64,000 bases of DNA from an uncultured Methyloceanibacter sp. (GTDB taxonomy: Bacteria; Pseudomonadota; Alphaproteobacteria; Rhizobiales; Methyloligellaceae): assembly GCA_964390455.1 (NCBI GenBank), contig CAYMJW010000001.1, positions 2,255 through 66,254 of the forward strand. Reading direction: 5' to 3'. The notes under the pieces are model-generated. The model searched no databases, was not told where the DNA came from, and saw only the letters and a list, made by a program, of their open reading frames with translations. Shown here piece by piece: positions 1 to 10,715 of the stretch (position 1 is the stretch's first letter; every line of letters starts with the position of its first letter). Position numbers and translations under genes: made by a program.

Positions 1-987
1 GTCGCGCGTGAGCGGACGCAGCTCGACGCGAATGGGAAGACGGCCCTGGAGCTCGGGCAGCAGGTCCGAGGGCTTGGCAATGTGGAAGGCGCCGGACGCG
101 ATAAACAAAATGTGGTCGGTCTTGACCGGCCCGTATTTGGTGCCGACGGTCGTGCCCTCGATCAGCGGCAATAGATCGCGCTGAACGCCTTCGCGGCTCA
201 CATCGGCGCCGATGCGCTCCGAGCGCGCGCAGATCTTGTCGATCTCGTCGAGAAACACGATGCCGTTATTCTCGACGTTCCGGATCGCCTCCTGCACGAT
301 CATGTCGTTGTCGATGAGCTTGTCCGATTCCTCGCTCAGGAGAATGTCGAACGAGTCGCGCACGGTGACCTTGCGCGGCTTGGTGCGCGTGCCGAACGTC
401 TTGCCGAGCATCTCGGAGAGGTTGATCATGCCGACTTGGCTTCCGGGCATGCCGGGGATCTCGAAGGACGGCATGCTCGGCGTGTCGGCGACCTGGATCT
501 CGATCTCGCGCTCGTCGAGCTCGCCCGCGCGCAGGCGCTTGCGGAAGGCCTCGCGGGTCGAGAGCGCGGCGCCCGAGCCGACCAGCGCATCGAGCACGCG
601 CTCCTCGGCGTTGAGCTGGGCCTTGGCGGTGACCTCTTTCCGTTTCGCGTCGCGCACGAGGCCGATGCCGGCTTCGAGCAGATCGCGCACGATCTGGTCG
701 ACGTCGCGGCCGACATAACCGACTTCGGTGAACTTGGTGGCTTCGACCTTGATGAAGGGCGCGCCGGCGAGCTTGGCCAGGCGCCGCGAGATCTCGGTCT
801 TGCCGACGCCGGTCGGTCCGATCATGAGAATGTTCTTGGGCAGAACCTCCTCGCGCATGTCGCCTTCGAGCTGCTGCCGCCGCCAGCGATTGCGCAGAGC
901 AATGGCGACGGCGCGCTTGGCGTCGCGCTGGCCGATGATGTGGCGGTCGAGCTCGGAGACGATCTCGCGGGGGGAAAAAGAGGTCAT
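1..987 (-). CDS. hslU: ATP-dependent protease ATPase subunit HslU (runs off left edge)
   Basis: Not in the ORF track; my minus-strand translation from ATG 987 reads [20 protein letters not shown]...GPTGVGKT...[14 protein letters not shown]; directly downstream of hslV. Confidence 0.96.
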   Translation of the reverse strand, partial: MTSFSPREIVSELDRHIIGQRDAKRAVAIALRNRWRRQQLEGDMREEVLPKNILMIGPTGVGKTEISRRLAKLAGAPFIKVEATKFTEVGYVGRDVDQIVRDLLEAGIGLVRDAKRKEVTAKAQLNAEERVLDALVGSGAALSTREAFRKRLRAGELDEREIEIQVADTPSMPSFEIPGMPGSQVGMINLSEMLGKTFGTRTKPRKVTVRDSFDILLSEESDKLIDNDMIVQEAIRNVENNGIVFLDEIDKICARSERIGADVSREGVQRDLLPLIEGTTVGTKYGPVKTDHILFIASGAFHIAKPSDLLPELQGRLPIRVELRPLTRD

Positions 988-1008
988 TGAAGGACTCGCC
1001 ACGCGCGA

Positions 1009-1128
1009 TTCCCTCCCCCCTTGAGGGGGAGGGATAGGGTGGGGGGTTGAATGCAAAGACTCACTGCGCTGCACACCCCCCTCCGCGCGCCGATGAGGCG
1101 CGCGTGCTCCCCCTCAAGGGGGGAGCAG
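1009..1128. repeat. Intergenic palindromic element (alphaproteobacterial REP/RPE-like)
   Basis: Hairpin tccctccccccttgagggggaggga, internal gggtggggggt...accccc arm and a second hairpin tgctccccctcaaggggggagca between hslV and hslU. Confidence 0.75.
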
Positions 1129-1171
1129 GGAGCGAGTGGCTTTGTGTGTACGTCCATCTAAAACTCAGGAC

Positions 1172-1735
1172 TCACTTCGTCGCGTCGAGGGTCTCGACCA
1201 CGATCTCATCATTGGTGTAGACGCAAATCTTGGCGGCAATGGACATGGCCTTGCGCGCGATCGCCTCGGCATCGAGCGGGCCGTCGAGCAGGGCGCGGGC
1301 GGCAGCAAGGGCATAGACCCCGCCAGAGCCGATCCCCATCACCGCGTCGTCGGGCTCCAGAACATCGCCGGTCCCGGTCAAGACCAGGCTCTCGTCGGCG
1401 TCGGCCACGATCATCATGGCCTCCAGCCGCCGCAAATAGCGATCGGTCCGCCAGTCCTTGGCAAGCTCGACGCAGGCGCGCTTGAGCTGGTCGGGGAAGC
1501 GCTCGAGCTTGGTCTCGAGCCGCTCGAACAGGGTGAAGGCGTCGGCGGTCGAGCCCGCGAAGCCCGCGATCACGTTGCCGGACCCGACCCGGCGCACCTT
1601 CTTCGCGGTGGCCTTGATGATGGTCTGGCCAAGGCTGACCTGGCCGTCGCCGGCGATCACCACCTTGCCGCCCTTGCGGACGGTCAGAATCGTGGTGCCA
1701 TGCCAGGTTTCAGGGGAGGACGCGGAAGAACTCAT
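1172..1735 (-). CDS. hslV: ATP-dependent protease subunit HslV
   Basis: [34 protein letters not shown] motifs; start moved to ATG 1735. Confidence 0.96.
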   Translation of the reverse strand: MSSSASSPETWHGTTILTVRKGGKVVIAGDGQVSLGQTIIKATAKKVRRVGSGNVIAGFAGSTADAFTLFERLETKLERFPDQLKRACVELAKDWRTDRYLRRLEAMMIVADADESLVLTGTGDVLEPDDAVMGIGSGGVYALAAARALLDGPLDAEAIARKAMSIAAKICVYTNDEIVVETLDATK

Positions 1736-1745
1736 GGAAAAAGCC

Positions 1746-1774
1746 ATATCGGGAGGGGCGCAGCCTTGTTCAAG
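1746..1774 (-). promoter_or_regulatory. RpoH (sigma32)-type promoter of hslVU
   Basis: Minus strand CTTGAA-N16-CCGATAT 10 nt upstream of the hslV start; fits the alphaproteobacterial RpoH consensus and a heat-shock operon. Confidence 0.7.
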
Positions 1775-1878
1775 CTTCAACCGGTTAACGCTCTGATAGC
1801 ACTCTCCGGTCCCCTCGCGTATAAGCGAGCCCTTCTCGGAAGCGAATTGCTAAGAGCCTTGAGGTTAAGCTCATCGCC

Positions 1879-2511
1879 ATGTTGAAGCGAAGCAAAGACG
1901 CGGGCACAGGCCAGGCCGCCCAGGGGCGCCGGGCAAGCGTGACCCGCAAGACCAAGGAGACCGCGATCTCGGCGTCAGTCGATCTCGACGGCACCGGCGC
2001 CTACGACATTGCGACGGGTGTCGGCTTCCTCGACCACATGATCGAGCAACTCGCCCGTCATTCGCTAATCGACATCACGCTGAAAGCCGAAGGCGACCTC
2101 CATATCGACCAGCACCACACGACCGAAGATGCCGGGATCGTGCTCGGACAGGCCGTGGCAAAGGCGCTCGGCGACAAGCAGGGCATTGCGCGTTATGGCT
2201 TTGCCTACCTTCCCATGGACGAGACCATGACCCGGGTCGCGCTTGACGTGTCGGGACGGCCGTTCCTGGTGTGGAACGTCGCGTTCACGCGGTCGAAGAT
2301 CGGGGAGATGGATACCGAGCTGTTCCGCGAATGGTTCCAGGCCTTCGCCCAGCATGCCGGGCTCACGCTCCATGTCGAGACGCTCTATGGCGAGAATAGC
2401 CACCATATCGCCGAGACCTGCTATAAGGCGCTCGCCCGGGCGCTGCGTCAGGCGATCGCCATCGACGCGCGGCAAGAGGGACGCGTGCCCTCGACCAAGG
2501 GACAGCTTTAG
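1879..2511 (+). CDS. hisB: Imidazoleglycerol-phosphate dehydratase
   Basis: [29 protein letters not shown] motifs. Confidence 0.97.
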   Translation: MLKRSKDAGTGQAAQGRRASVTRKTKETAISASVDLDGTGAYDIATGVGFLDHMIEQLARHSLIDITLKAEGDLHIDQHHTTEDAGIVLGQAVAKALGDKQGIARYGFAYLPMDETMTRVALDVSGRPFLVWNVAFTRSKIGEMDTELFREWFQAFAQHAGLTLHVETLYGENSHHIAETCYKALARALRQAIAIDARQEGRVPSTKGQL

Positions 2512-2554
2512 AGCATCGCCGGACTTGCCCCCGGCGGAACCATTGCGAGTGGCC

Positions 2555-3067
2555 GTGACCGTCTATTCCGTATATGAGCCGCCGATCCCTGCACCGGATG
2601 TGATCGAGCGCGCTGACAAGCTCGCCTTCGTCAAGGAGGGCTTCTCCTGGCCCGCCTTTTTCGTGCCGCTGCTGTGGCTGCTCTATCACCGCATGTGGAT
2701 CGAGTTCGTCGTGCTCCTCCTCGTCTATATCGCGCTGCAACTCGTCTTCGGCATCGACGCGCAAGGGCAGACGCTGGCGGCCTGGGCAAGCTTCGCCATC
2801 GGAGTCCTGCTTGCTTTCGAGGGCAGCGATCTGCGCACGGCCTCGCTCGAGCGGCGCGGCTATCGGTTCGCGGGCGTTGTGAGCGGCCGCGACCGCATCG
2901 ACGCCGAACGCTCGTTCTTCACCGCGTGGCTGCCGCAGCAGGAGCGCGAGGCGCGCCAAACCTTCACCCCGCCGCCGCCGCCGCCGCCGCGGCGCGGCAC
3001 GGAAGCGCGGACGCCGCCCGCGCGCGGAGAGGGCGAGGAGGTCATCGGGCTCTTCCCGCGGCCGTGA
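2555..3067 (+). CDS. DUF2628-like membrane protein
   Basis: FVKEGFSWPAFF and LERRGY motifs, hydrophobic core, position between hisB and hisH; GTG start inferred. Confidence 0.75.
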   Translation: MTVYSVYEPPIPAPDVIERADKLAFVKEGFSWPAFFVPLLWLLYHRMWIEFVVLLLVYIALQLVFGIDAQGQTLAAWASFAIGVLLAFEGSDLRTASLERRGYRFAGVVSGRDRIDAERSFFTAWLPQQEREARQTFTPPPPPPPRRGTEARTPPARGEGEEVIGLFPRP

Positions 3068-3073
3068 ACCGCC

Positions 3074-3724
3074 ATGCATGTCGCCATCATCGATTACGGT
3101 TCGGGAAACCTGCACTCCGCCGCCAAGGCCTTCGAGCGTGCGGCGCGTGAGCAAGCCTCACCGCTCGCCGTCAAGGTCACGTCGAAGCCTGAAGAGGTGC
3201 GCGCGGCCGAGCGTATCGTCTTGCCGGGCGTCGGCGCTTTCGCCGATTGCAAACAGGGCCTCGCCGCCATCCCCGGCATGATCGAGGCGCTCGAAGAGTC
3301 CGTGCGCGCGCGGGGCACGCCCTTCTTTGGCATCTGCGTCGGGCTCCAGCTCATGGCCGAGCGCGGGCTCGAACATGGGGCGACGCCTGGGCTCGGCTGG
3401 ATCGAAGGCGAGGTGCGGGCGATCGCGCCAAGCGACGCCTCGCTCAAGATCCCGCATATGGGCTGGAACACGCTCGCGCTTCAGCGGAAGCATGCTCTGT
3501 TCGAGGGCATTCCTACGGGCGAGGCAGGCCTCAACGCCTACTTCGTGCACTCCTACCAGTTCGTGCCCGAAGGCGCCGATGCGCTCGTCGCAACCACCGA
3601 CTATGGCGGGCCCGTCACCGCCTTCGTCGCCAAGGACAATCTCGCGGGCAGCCAGTTCCACCCCGAGAAGAGCCAGAAGCTCGGGCTTGCGCTGATCGCC
3701 AATTTCCTCAAGTGGCGCCCGTGA
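3074..3724 (+). CDS. hisH: IGP synthase glutamine amidotransferase subunit
   Basis: [33 protein letters not shown]. Confidence 0.97.
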   Translation: MHVAIIDYGSGNLHSAAKAFERAAREQASPLAVKVTSKPEEVRAAERIVLPGVGAFADCKQGLAAIPGMIEALEESVRARGTPFFGICVGLQLMAERGLEHGATPGLGWIEGEVRAIAPSDASLKIPHMGWNTLALQRKHALFEGIPTGEAGLNAYFVHSYQFVPEGADALVATTDYGGPVTAFVAKDNLAGSQFHPEKSQKLGLALIANFLKWRP

Positions 3725-3734
3725 GCTTCGTCCG

Positions 3735-4472
3735 ATGATCCTGTTCCCGGCCATAGACTTGAAGGACGGACATTGCGTGCGTCTCCGCCAGGGCGAGATG
3801 ACGCAAGCCACCGTGTTCAACACCGACCCGGCGGCGCAGGCGAAGGCCTTCGAGGAGCAGGGCTTTCAGTGGCTGCATGTGGTCGATCTGAACGGCGCGT
3901 TTGAAGGCCGCCCCGTGAACGCGAAGGCGGTCGAGGCGATCTTCAACGCCGTCCACATCTCGATCCAGCTTGGCGGCGGCATCCGCGATCTCGAAACGAT
4001 CGTGGCTTGGCTCGAGAAGGGCGTCGATCGCGTCATTCTCGGCACGGCGGCTGTGCGCGATCCGGCGCTGGTGCGCGAGGCCGCCCGCGACTTCCCCGGC
4101 TGCATTGCCGTCGGTATCGATGCCCGCGACGGCAAGGTCGCCATCGAAGGCTGGGCCGAGACGAGCGAGATGACGGCGCTCGATCTTGCGCGCACGTTCG
4201 AGGATGCGGGCGTCGCGGCGATCATCCACACCGACATTGCCCGCGACGGCGTGCTCGAAGGGCTGAACCTCGACGCATCGGCTGCGATCGCGCGCGCCGT
4301 CACCATTCCCGTGATCGCGAGCGGCGGGCTCGCCGGGATCGAGGACGTGAAGCGGCTGCTCGAGCCGCGCTACGCCGTGCTCGAAGGCGCGATCGCGGGC
4401 CGCGCGCTCTACGATGGGCGGCTCGATCCGCGCGCGGCGCTCGCGCTTCTCGGCGTGCAGCACCCGTTCTGA
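3735..4472 (+). CDS. hisA: ProFAR isomerase
   Basis: [35 protein letters not shown]. Confidence 0.97.
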   Translation: MILFPAIDLKDGHCVRLRQGEMTQATVFNTDPAAQAKAFEEQGFQWLHVVDLNGAFEGRPVNAKAVEAIFNAVHISIQLGGGIRDLETIVAWLEKGVDRVILGTAAVRDPALVREAARDFPGCIAVGIDARDGKVAIEGWAETSEMTALDLARTFEDAGVAAIIHTDIARDGVLEGLNLDASAAIARAVTIPVIASGGLAGIEDVKRLLEPRYAVLEGAIAGRALYDGRLDPRAALALLGVQHPF

Positions 4473-4474
4473 CC

Positions 4475-5251
4475 ATGCTGAAAATCCGTCTCATTCCTTG
4501 CCTCGACGTGAAAGAGGGGCGCGTCGTCAAGGGCGTCAAATTCGTCGACCTGCGCGATGCAGGCGATCCGGTCGAGGCGGCTGCCGCGTACGACAAGGCC
4601 GGCGCCGACGAGCTCTGCTTCCTCGACATCACCGCGAGCCACGAGAAGCGCGGCACCATCCTCGAGGTGGTGCGCCGGACCGCCGAGCGCTGCTTCATGC
4701 CGCTCACGGTCGGCGGCGGCGTGCGCGCGGTCGAAGACGTGCGCGCGCTGCTCGAAGCCGGTGCCGACAAGGTCTCGATCAACACCGCGGCGGTGAAGGA
4801 TAGGAGCCTTGTGCGCGCGGCGTCGGAGAAATTCGGCGCGCAATGTATCGTCGTCGCCATCGATGCCAAGCGCGTCTCGGGGATGAGCGAGCCGGCGCGC
4901 TTTGAGCTCTTCACCCATGGCGGCCGCGAGCCGACCGGCATCGAGGCGGTCGCCTATGCGCGCGAGGTGGCCTCCCTCGGGGCGGGCGAGATCCTGCTCA
5001 CCTCCATGGACCGCGACGGCACGCGCCAAGGCTTCGACCTCGAACTCACCCGGGCCATCGCCGACGCCGTGCCTGTGCCGGTAATCGCGAGCGGCGGGGT
5101 GGGCACGCTCGACCATCTGGTCGAGGGCGTCCGCCAGGGCCACGCTTCCGCCGTACTGGCGGCCTCAATCTTCCACTACGGTGAGCACACGATCGGGGAC
5201 GCAAAGCGCTACATGGCGGCGGCGGGGCTGCCGATGCGGCTCGACCCTTAA
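4475..5251 (+). CDS. hisF: IGP synthase cyclase subunit
   Basis: [30 protein letters not shown]; true start ATG 4475. Confidence 0.97.
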   Translation: MLKIRLIPCLDVKEGRVVKGVKFVDLRDAGDPVEAAAAYDKAGADELCFLDITASHEKRGTILEVVRRTAERCFMPLTVGGGVRAVEDVRALLEAGADKVSINTAAVKDRSLVRAASEKFGAQCIVVAIDAKRVSGMSEPARFELFTHGGREPTGIEAVAYAREVASLGAGEILLTSMDRDGTRQGFDLELTRAIADAVPVPVIASGGVGTLDHLVEGVRQGHASAVLAASIFHYGEHTIGDAKRYMAAAGLPMRLDP

Positions 5252-5338
5252 CGCAGGGCTGCGCCCGGCCGCGTTTTGCTAAGGATTTCCCGGGCCGCCC
5301 TATTTCCATGACCGCTCCAGCGGTGTAAGAGGCAAGTC

Positions 5339-5665
5339 ATGAGCAAAGACGTCTTGAGTCGCCTCGCCGCCATCATCAAGTCGCGGCGGCACGCCCGCCC
5401 CGAAGACTCCCATACGCGGCGGCTGCTCGACGATGGGCCGATCAAGCCCGCCAAGAAGCTTGGCGAGGAGGCCGTCGAGGTCGCTATCGCCGCGCTCGCC
5501 CAGGGCAAGAAGGCGCTTGTGAGCGAGAGCGCCGACCTGCTCTATCATCTGCTCGTGGTGCTGGAGTCGCGCGAGGTCGACCTTGATGACGTGTTCGACG
5601 AGCTCGAGCGGCGCATGGCGCTCACCGCGGTCGGCGAAAAGAGGCAGAAGACCGCGTCGCGCTGA
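5339..5665 (+). CDS. hisE: Phosphoribosyl-ATP diphosphatase
   Basis: KKLGEEAVE, ESADLLYHLLV. Confidence 0.95.
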   Translation: MSKDVLSRLAAIIKSRRHARPEDSHTRRLLDDGPIKPAKKLGEEAVEVAIAALAQGKKALVSESADLLYHLLVVLESREVDLDDVFDELERRMALTAVGEKRQKTASR

Positions 5666-5668
5666 CGG

Positions 5669-6637
5669 GTGAGCGCCGTGACGATCAATCCGCGTTCCAC
5701 TTCCGGCTTCTCACCTTATGCGGTGTACCCGCGCGAGGAATGGGCGAAGCTTCGTGCCGACATGCCCATGCCGCTCACCGACGGCGAACTCGAGAACTTG
5801 AGCGGCCTGATCGAGCGCATCTCCGTCTCTGAGGTCATCGAGGTCTATCTCCCGCTCAGCCGGCTGCTCAATCTCTATGTCGAGGCCGTACAGGCGCTGC
5901 ACAACGATACCGAGAAGTTCCTGCGCAAAGGCAACAGCAAGATGCCGTTCATCATCGGCCTTGCCGGGAGCGTCGCGGCGGGGAAGAGCACGACGGCGCG
6001 CGTGCTTCAGGCGCTGCTCGGCCGCTGGCCGAGCCATCGGCGGGTCGATCTCGTGCCGACCGACGGGTTCCTGTTCCCCAACGCGGTGCTGCAAGAGCGC
6101 GGCATCATGGACCGCAAAGGCTTCCCCGAGAGCTACGATCTGTCAAAGCTCCTCAACTTCCTCGCCGAGGTGAAGTCGGGACAGGCACGCGTCGAGGCGC
6201 CGGTCTACTCGCACCTCGTCTATGACGTTCTTCCCGATCAGAAGCTCGTCATCAGGCAGCCGGATATCGTCGTCGTCGAGGGTCTCAACGTGTTGCAGCC
6301 GGCGAAGCTGCCGAAGGACGGCGAGGCCATCCCCTACGTGTCCGACTTCTTCGATTTCTCGATCTATATCGACGCCGCCGAGGATCTGGTGGAGGCCTGG
6401 TACGTGGAGCGGTTCTTGCGCCTGCGGCAAACGTCGTTCCGCGACCCCGCGTCCTATTTCCACCGCTACGCGTCGCTGTCGGAGGAAGAAGCGCGCGAGA
6501 CCGCGCTCTCGATCTGGCGCTCGATCAATCTCATCAATCTCACCGAGCACATCCTGCCCACGCGCCAGCGCGCCGACCTCATCCTGCGCAAAGGCGCCGA
6601 TCACGCGGTCGAGAACGTGGCGCTGAGGAAGCTCTGA
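5669..6637 (+). CDS. coaA: Type I pantothenate kinase
   Basis: [39 protein letters not shown]. Confidence 0.97.
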   Translation: MSAVTINPRSTSGFSPYAVYPREEWAKLRADMPMPLTDGELENLSGLIERISVSEVIEVYLPLSRLLNLYVEAVQALHNDTEKFLRKGNSKMPFIIGLAGSVAAGKSTTARVLQALLGRWPSHRRVDLVPTDGFLFPNAVLQERGIMDRKGFPESYDLSKLLNFLAEVKSGQARVEAPVYSHLVYDVLPDQKLVIRQPDIVVVEGLNVLQPAKLPKDGEAIPYVSDFFDFSIYIDAAEDLVEAWYVERFLRLRQTSFRDPASYFHRYASLSEEEARETALSIWRSINLINLTEHILPTRQRADLILRKGADHAVENVALRKL

Positions 6638-6698
6638 GCGCGCTCCGCGCGTCAGAAGGCGATTTCTTGCTTTCGTGGCCGAAATGCCACAAGGGCGT

Positions 6699-7697
6699 TC
6701 AGGCCAAAAGGCCCTTCTCCCTGGCGAGAGCCCGCAAGGAGACCTCGGGCCGGGCGCCGATATGGCCGATCACCTCGGCCGCCGCGAGGCTCCCCAGACG
6801 CCCGCAAACGGCCAGCGGCGCCCCATGGGTCAGCCCATAGAGGAAGCCCGCGGAATAGAGGTCGCCGGCCCCGGTCATGTCGACCACGCGGGCGACCTTG
6901 TCAGCCTCGATCTCGAGGCTTTCGCCCCCTGCCACGATCAAGGACCCGGCTTCCGAGCGGGTCAAAACGGCCATCTCGCAGTCGGCCAGCGCAGCCTTTG
7001 CCGCCTCCTCGAAGCTGTTCACCTGGTAAAGGCTCGTGATCTCCTTCTCATTGGCGAAGACGATGTCGGCGCCGTCCCGCACCAGCGCCCTGAAATCGTC
7101 GCGGTGGCGATCGACGCAAAAGGCATCCGACAGGCTGAGCGCAACCTTCGCGCCCGCGGCCTTGGCGGCGCTCGCAGCCTCTCTGAAGGCGGCCTTCGCC
7201 TCCGCCCGGTCGAACAGATAGCCCTCGAGATAGACCACCTTGGCGGCTTCGATCATGGCGAGGTCGAGATCGGTGGCGGCGAAATCGACGCTCGCGCCGA
7301 GAAAGGTGTTCATGGTGCGCTCGCCGTCCGGCGTGACGAGGATCAGGCAGCGCGCGGTCGGCGCCCCGCCATCCGCAGGCTCTGTGTCGTAGGCCACGCC
7401 GAGCGAGCGGATGTCATGATGGAAGATGCCGCCGAACTGGTCAGCGGCCACCCTGCCGATAAAGCCGCTCTTCGCGCCGAAGGAGGCGAGGCCGGCGATG
7501 GCATTGGCGACCGACCCGCCGGAGCGCTCGACCGCCGGCCCCATGGCGTCGTAGAGGCGGGTTGCCTCCGCCGCATCGATCAGGCGCATCCCGCCCTTGA
7601 CGAGATCGTGCTTGGTCAAGAAGCCCTCGTCGCAGCGCGCGATGATGTCGACGATGGCGTTGCCGATCCCGACCACGTCGTAAGTCTTTTGTGCCAT
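6699..7697 (-). CDS. PfkB-family (adenosine-like) kinase
   Basis: GIGNAIVD, GGSVAN, FANEKE, DMTGAGDLY; start set at ATG 7697. Confidence 0.9.
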   Translation of the reverse strand: MAQKTYDVVGIGNAIVDIIARCDEGFLTKHDLVKGGMRLIDAAEATRLYDAMGPAVERSGGSVANAIAGLASFGAKSGFIGRVAADQFGGIFHHDIRSLGVAYDTEPADGGAPTARCLILVTPDGERTMNTFLGASVDFAATDLDLAMIEAAKVVYLEGYLFDRAEAKAAFREAASAAKAAGAKVALSLSDAFCVDRHRDDFRALVRDGADIVFANEKEITSLYQVNSFEEAAKAALADCEMAVLTRSEAGSLIVAGGESLEIEADKVARVVDMTGAGDLYSAGFLYGLTHGAPLAVCGRLGSLAAAEVIGHIGARPEVSLRALAREKGLLA

Positions 7698-7794
7698 GTC
7701 CCTGGCCGTCCCGCTTTCTCCGCCCCTGGTGTCTCTTCCACCCTGGTGTCTTGGATGGCGCCGACTATATTCCGTCGCCGGAGAGGAACACGTC

Positions 7795-8466
7795 ATGCTC
7801 AGCGCCGCAGGTCAAGCCTTCAACGATCTGTTCACGCCGCCCTTCCGCGCCGTGCTGTTCAAATGCGTCGGCTTCACCATCGCGCTGCTGGCCCTCCTCG
7901 TCGTCGGCCTCCAGTGGACCTTGACCTATTTCGTCGAGTTGCCCGGCTGGATCGAGACATCGATCCAGTGGCTCGGCGGGCTCGGGCTTGTGGTCGGCTC
8001 GATCTTCCTCATCCCGCCGGTCACATCGCTGATCGCGGGCCTCTATCTCGATAACATCGCGGCGATCGTCGAGCGCGAGCGCTTCCCAGCCGATCCTCCG
8101 GGCGAGGCGCTGCCAACATGGCAGTCCATCGGCGTGGCGCTCCGGTTCTTCTTCGTGATGCTGCTGGTGGGCCTGGTCGCTCTGTTCCTTCTGCTCATCC
8201 CCGGCGTCAATCTGATCGCCTTCTATGTCGGCAACGGCTATCTGCTGGGGCGCGAGTATTTCGAGCTCGCGGCGATGCGGCATATCCCGTCGTCAGAGGC
8301 GAAGAAGCTCCGGCAGGCGAACCGGCTGACCGTGTTCTTGAGCGGGCTCGTCATTGCCGGCATCGCCTCGGTGCCGATCCTGAACCTGATCACGCCGCTC
8401 TTCGCCACCGGCTTCATGGTGCGCGTGTACAAGGGGCTGGCGAAGAGTTCGGGGCTCAAATCATGA
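7795..8466 (+). CDS. CysZ/EI24-family membrane protein
   Basis: Several TM helices, NGYLLGREYFELAA, VPILNLITPLFA. Confidence 0.8.
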   Translation: MLSAAGQAFNDLFTPPFRAVLFKCVGFTIALLALLVVGLQWTLTYFVELPGWIETSIQWLGGLGLVVGSIFLIPPVTSLIAGLYLDNIAAIVERERFPADPPGEALPTWQSIGVALRFFFVMLLVGLVALFLLLIPGVNLIAFYVGNGYLLGREYFELAAMRHIPSSEAKKLRQANRLTVFLSGLVIAGIASVPILNLITPLFATGFMVRVYKGLAKSSGLKS

Positions 8467-8495
8467 CGAAGGGTGTGGGCTGTCCGTCAAGACTC

Positions 8496-8592
8496 CGTCA
8501 TTGCCGGGCTTGACCCGGCAATCCATTCCACTGGCGCTTCGTCTCGTTGAAGCGAAACGGCATGGATGCCCGGATCAAGTCCGGGCATGACG
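8496..8592. repeat. Inverted-repeat palindromic element
   Basis: gtcattgccgggcttgacccggcaatcca...tggatgcccggatcaagtccgggcatgac between convergent genes. Confidence 0.85.
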
Positions 8593-8649
8593 AAGGGTGT
8601 GGACTCCCCCTCAATGACGATGTGAGTGACGACGAGCCCGGTGCCCCCG

Positions 8650-9354
8650 TCACGCGGGCGCGGGGGTCTTCGGCTTGTACAGGCAGAGATCGGCGATGAG
8701 ACAGCGCCAGCATTCGGGCTTCCGCGCCTTGCACACATAGCGCCCGTGCAGGATCAGCCAGTGGTGGCAATTCCGCTTGTAACGCTCGGGCACGACGCGC
8801 TCGAGCTTGAGCTCGACTTCGAGCGGGGTCTTGCCGGGCGCGAGACCCGTGCGGTTGGCGACCCTGAACGCATGCGTATCGATCCCGATCGTGTGCTGGC
8901 CGAAGGCCGTGTTGAGCACGACATTGGCGGTCTTGCGCCCGACGCCCGGGAGCGCCATCAGCACCTCGCGCGTCTCGGGCACCTTGCCGCCATGCTCGGC
9001 GAGGAGCTTTTTGGCGAGCGCGATGAGGTTCTTCGCCTTGCTGCGATAGAGGCCAATGGTCTTGATCCTGGCCTCGAGCTCGGCCACGCCGAGCGCGGCA
9101 AGCTTTTCCGGCGTGCCGGCGATGCGGAAGAGGTCGGGTGTGGCGCGATTGACCGAAGCATCGGTCGCCTGCGCCGACAGGACCACGGCCACGAGCAGCG
9201 TGAAGGGATCGCTGTAGCGGAGCTCGGTCTTGGGATCGGGATCGCGCTTGGCGAAGCGGCGGAAGATCTCGTCGATCGCCTCGCTTGTGAGGCGCGATCC
9301 GGGCGCACGCTTCGAGCGAGCCCGCGCCTTGCCGGCCTTCCTTCGTTCCGCCAC
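8650..9354 (-). CDS. nth: Endonuclease III
   Basis: LSAQATD, HhH LPGVGRKTANV, C-x6-C-x2-C-x5-C Fe-S motif; GTG start approximate. Confidence 0.95.
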   Translation of the reverse strand: MAERRKAGKARARSKRAPGSRLTSEAIDEIFRRFAKRDPDPKTELRYSDPFTLLVAVVLSAQATDASVNRATPDLFRIAGTPEKLAALGVAELEARIKTIGLYRSKAKNLIALAKKLLAEHGGKVPETREVLMALPGVGRKTANVVLNTAFGQHTIGIDTHAFRVANRTGLAPGKTPLEVELKLERVVPERYKRNCHHWLILHGRYVCKARKPECWRCLIADLCLYKPKTPAPA

Positions 9355-9400
9355 GGGGTCTTGCCTCCCGCCTGCCAGGTGGATTAGCTCTTTCCTTGCT

Positions 9401-9916
9401 ATGACAGAGGCAAACGCCGCGCCACAAGACCCTTCGAGCGGAAACGCTGCGCGGTTCAGCGTCGTGCTCACGCCGCATCGCTCGCTCGGCCCCAAGGGCT
9501 TCGTGGTGCTGATGGCCGCGGTGTGCATCGTCAGCTTTGCCACCGGCCTCTTCTTCTTTCTGCTCGGCGCCTGGCCGGTGATCGGCTTCATGGGGCTCGA
9601 CGTCGCCCTTATCTACGTGGCGTTCAAGTTGAACTTTCGCGCGCTCAAGCTCTATGAAACCGTCGATCTGACCGAGGACGCGCTGACGGTCACGCGCGTC
9701 GCCCCGTCCGGCGAATCGCAATCATGGCGCTTCAATCCCTATTGGGTCAGGCTGAACCTCGAGCCGCGGCTCGGACGGTCGAGCGAGCTGTCGCTCGCCT
9801 CGCACGGCAAGCGCCTCGTGTTCGCGAGCTTCCTCTCCGATGCGGAGCGCGAGAACTTCGCCTCGGCGCTACGCGCGGCGCTTGCTTCGGCGCGAAGCAC
9901 GGGCGCGACCCAATAA
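9401..9916 (+). CDS. DUF2244-like membrane protein
   Basis: LTPHRSLG, GAWPVIGFMGLD, FNPYWVR, FLSDAER; divergent from nth. Confidence 0.8.
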   Translation: MTEANAAPQDPSSGNAARFSVVLTPHRSLGPKGFVVLMAAVCIVSFATGLFFFLLGAWPVIGFMGLDVALIYVAFKLNFRALKLYETVDLTEDALTVTRVAPSGESQSWRFNPYWVRLNLEPRLGRSSELSLASHGKRLVFASFLSDAERENFASALRAALASARSTGATQ

Positions 9917-9919
9917 TCT

Positions 9920-9960
9920 CGTCCTTCGAGGCTCGCTGCGCTCGCGCCTCAGGATGACGG
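9920..9960. repeat. Short palindromic repeat / possible terminator
   Basis: cgtccttcgaggctcgctgcgctcgcgcctcaggatgacgg hairpin between convergent genes. Confidence 0.55.
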
Positions 9961-9970
9961 CCCTGCGAAA

Positions 9971-10627
9971 CTAAGCGGCGAGGTCGCGCTTCTCGGCGAC
10001 GCTGCCGTCGGCGTTCAGCCGGTAGACCAGCGGCACGGCCGTACCGAGCTCGACCTGCATCACCTCGTCGGGCGAGAGGCGGTCGAGCTCCATGATGAGG
10101 GAGCGCAGCGAATTGCCGTGGGCGACCACGATCACGCTCTTGCCCTTCAGCAGCTCGGGCGCAATCCATTTCTCGTAGAATGGCAGCACGCGCAACGCCG
10201 TGTCTTTCAGCGACTCGCCGCCGGGCGGGGCCGTATCGTAGGAGCGCTGCCAGATATGGACCTGCTCCGCCCCGAACTCCCTGCGCGCCTCCTCCTTGTT
10301 GATGCCGACAAGCTCGCCATAGTCGCGCTCGTTCAGCGCGGCGGCCTTGACGGTCGGGATTTTGCGCTGACCGAGCTCCTCGAGAATGATGTCGAGCGTG
10401 TTATGCGCGCGCTTGAGCGTCGAAGTGAAGGCGCAATTGAACTGGGCGCCGGCCTGTTTCAGCATGGCGCCGGCGCGGTGGGCTTCGGCCATACCCTCTT
10501 CGGTGAGGCCGACATCCTTCCAGCCGGTGAAGCGGTTCGCCCGGTTCCACTCGCTCTCGCCGTGGCGGACGAGAACGAGCACGTTCCCGGCGGGCCGGGT
10601 CTCCTTGCTTTCGGGGCTTACGGTCAT
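9971..10627 (-). CDS. gpmA: 2,3-BPG-dependent phosphoglycerate mutase
   Basis: LVRHGESEWN, RFTGW, LNERDYG, AHGNSLR. Confidence 0.95.
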   Translation of the reverse strand: MTVSPESKETRPAGNVLVLVRHGESEWNRANRFTGWKDVGLTEEGMAEAHRAGAMLKQAGAQFNCAFTSTLKRAHNTLDIILEELGQRKIPTVKAAALNERDYGELVGINKEEARREFGAEQVHIWQRSYDTAPPGGESLKDTALRVLPFYEKWIAPELLKGKSVIVVAHGNSLRSLIMELDRLSPDEVMQVELGTAVPLVYRLNADGSVAEKRDLAA

Positions 10628-10715
10628 TGCCTCAGCTGATTCTCAGCCACCATCCTGACACTTAGGCGGGTGCGGATCGTTTCACCAGATGGCAAATTCC
10701 CGCACCTCACAGAAA

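Noticed and set aside
1797-1823. Possible CIRCE element upstream of hslV (atagcactc)
   Set aside because: Only one half-site; no GAGTGCTAA partner 9 nt away.
2969-2989. (CCG)7 microsatellite
   Set aside because: In-frame poly-proline linker; triplet slippage would not phase-vary the gene.
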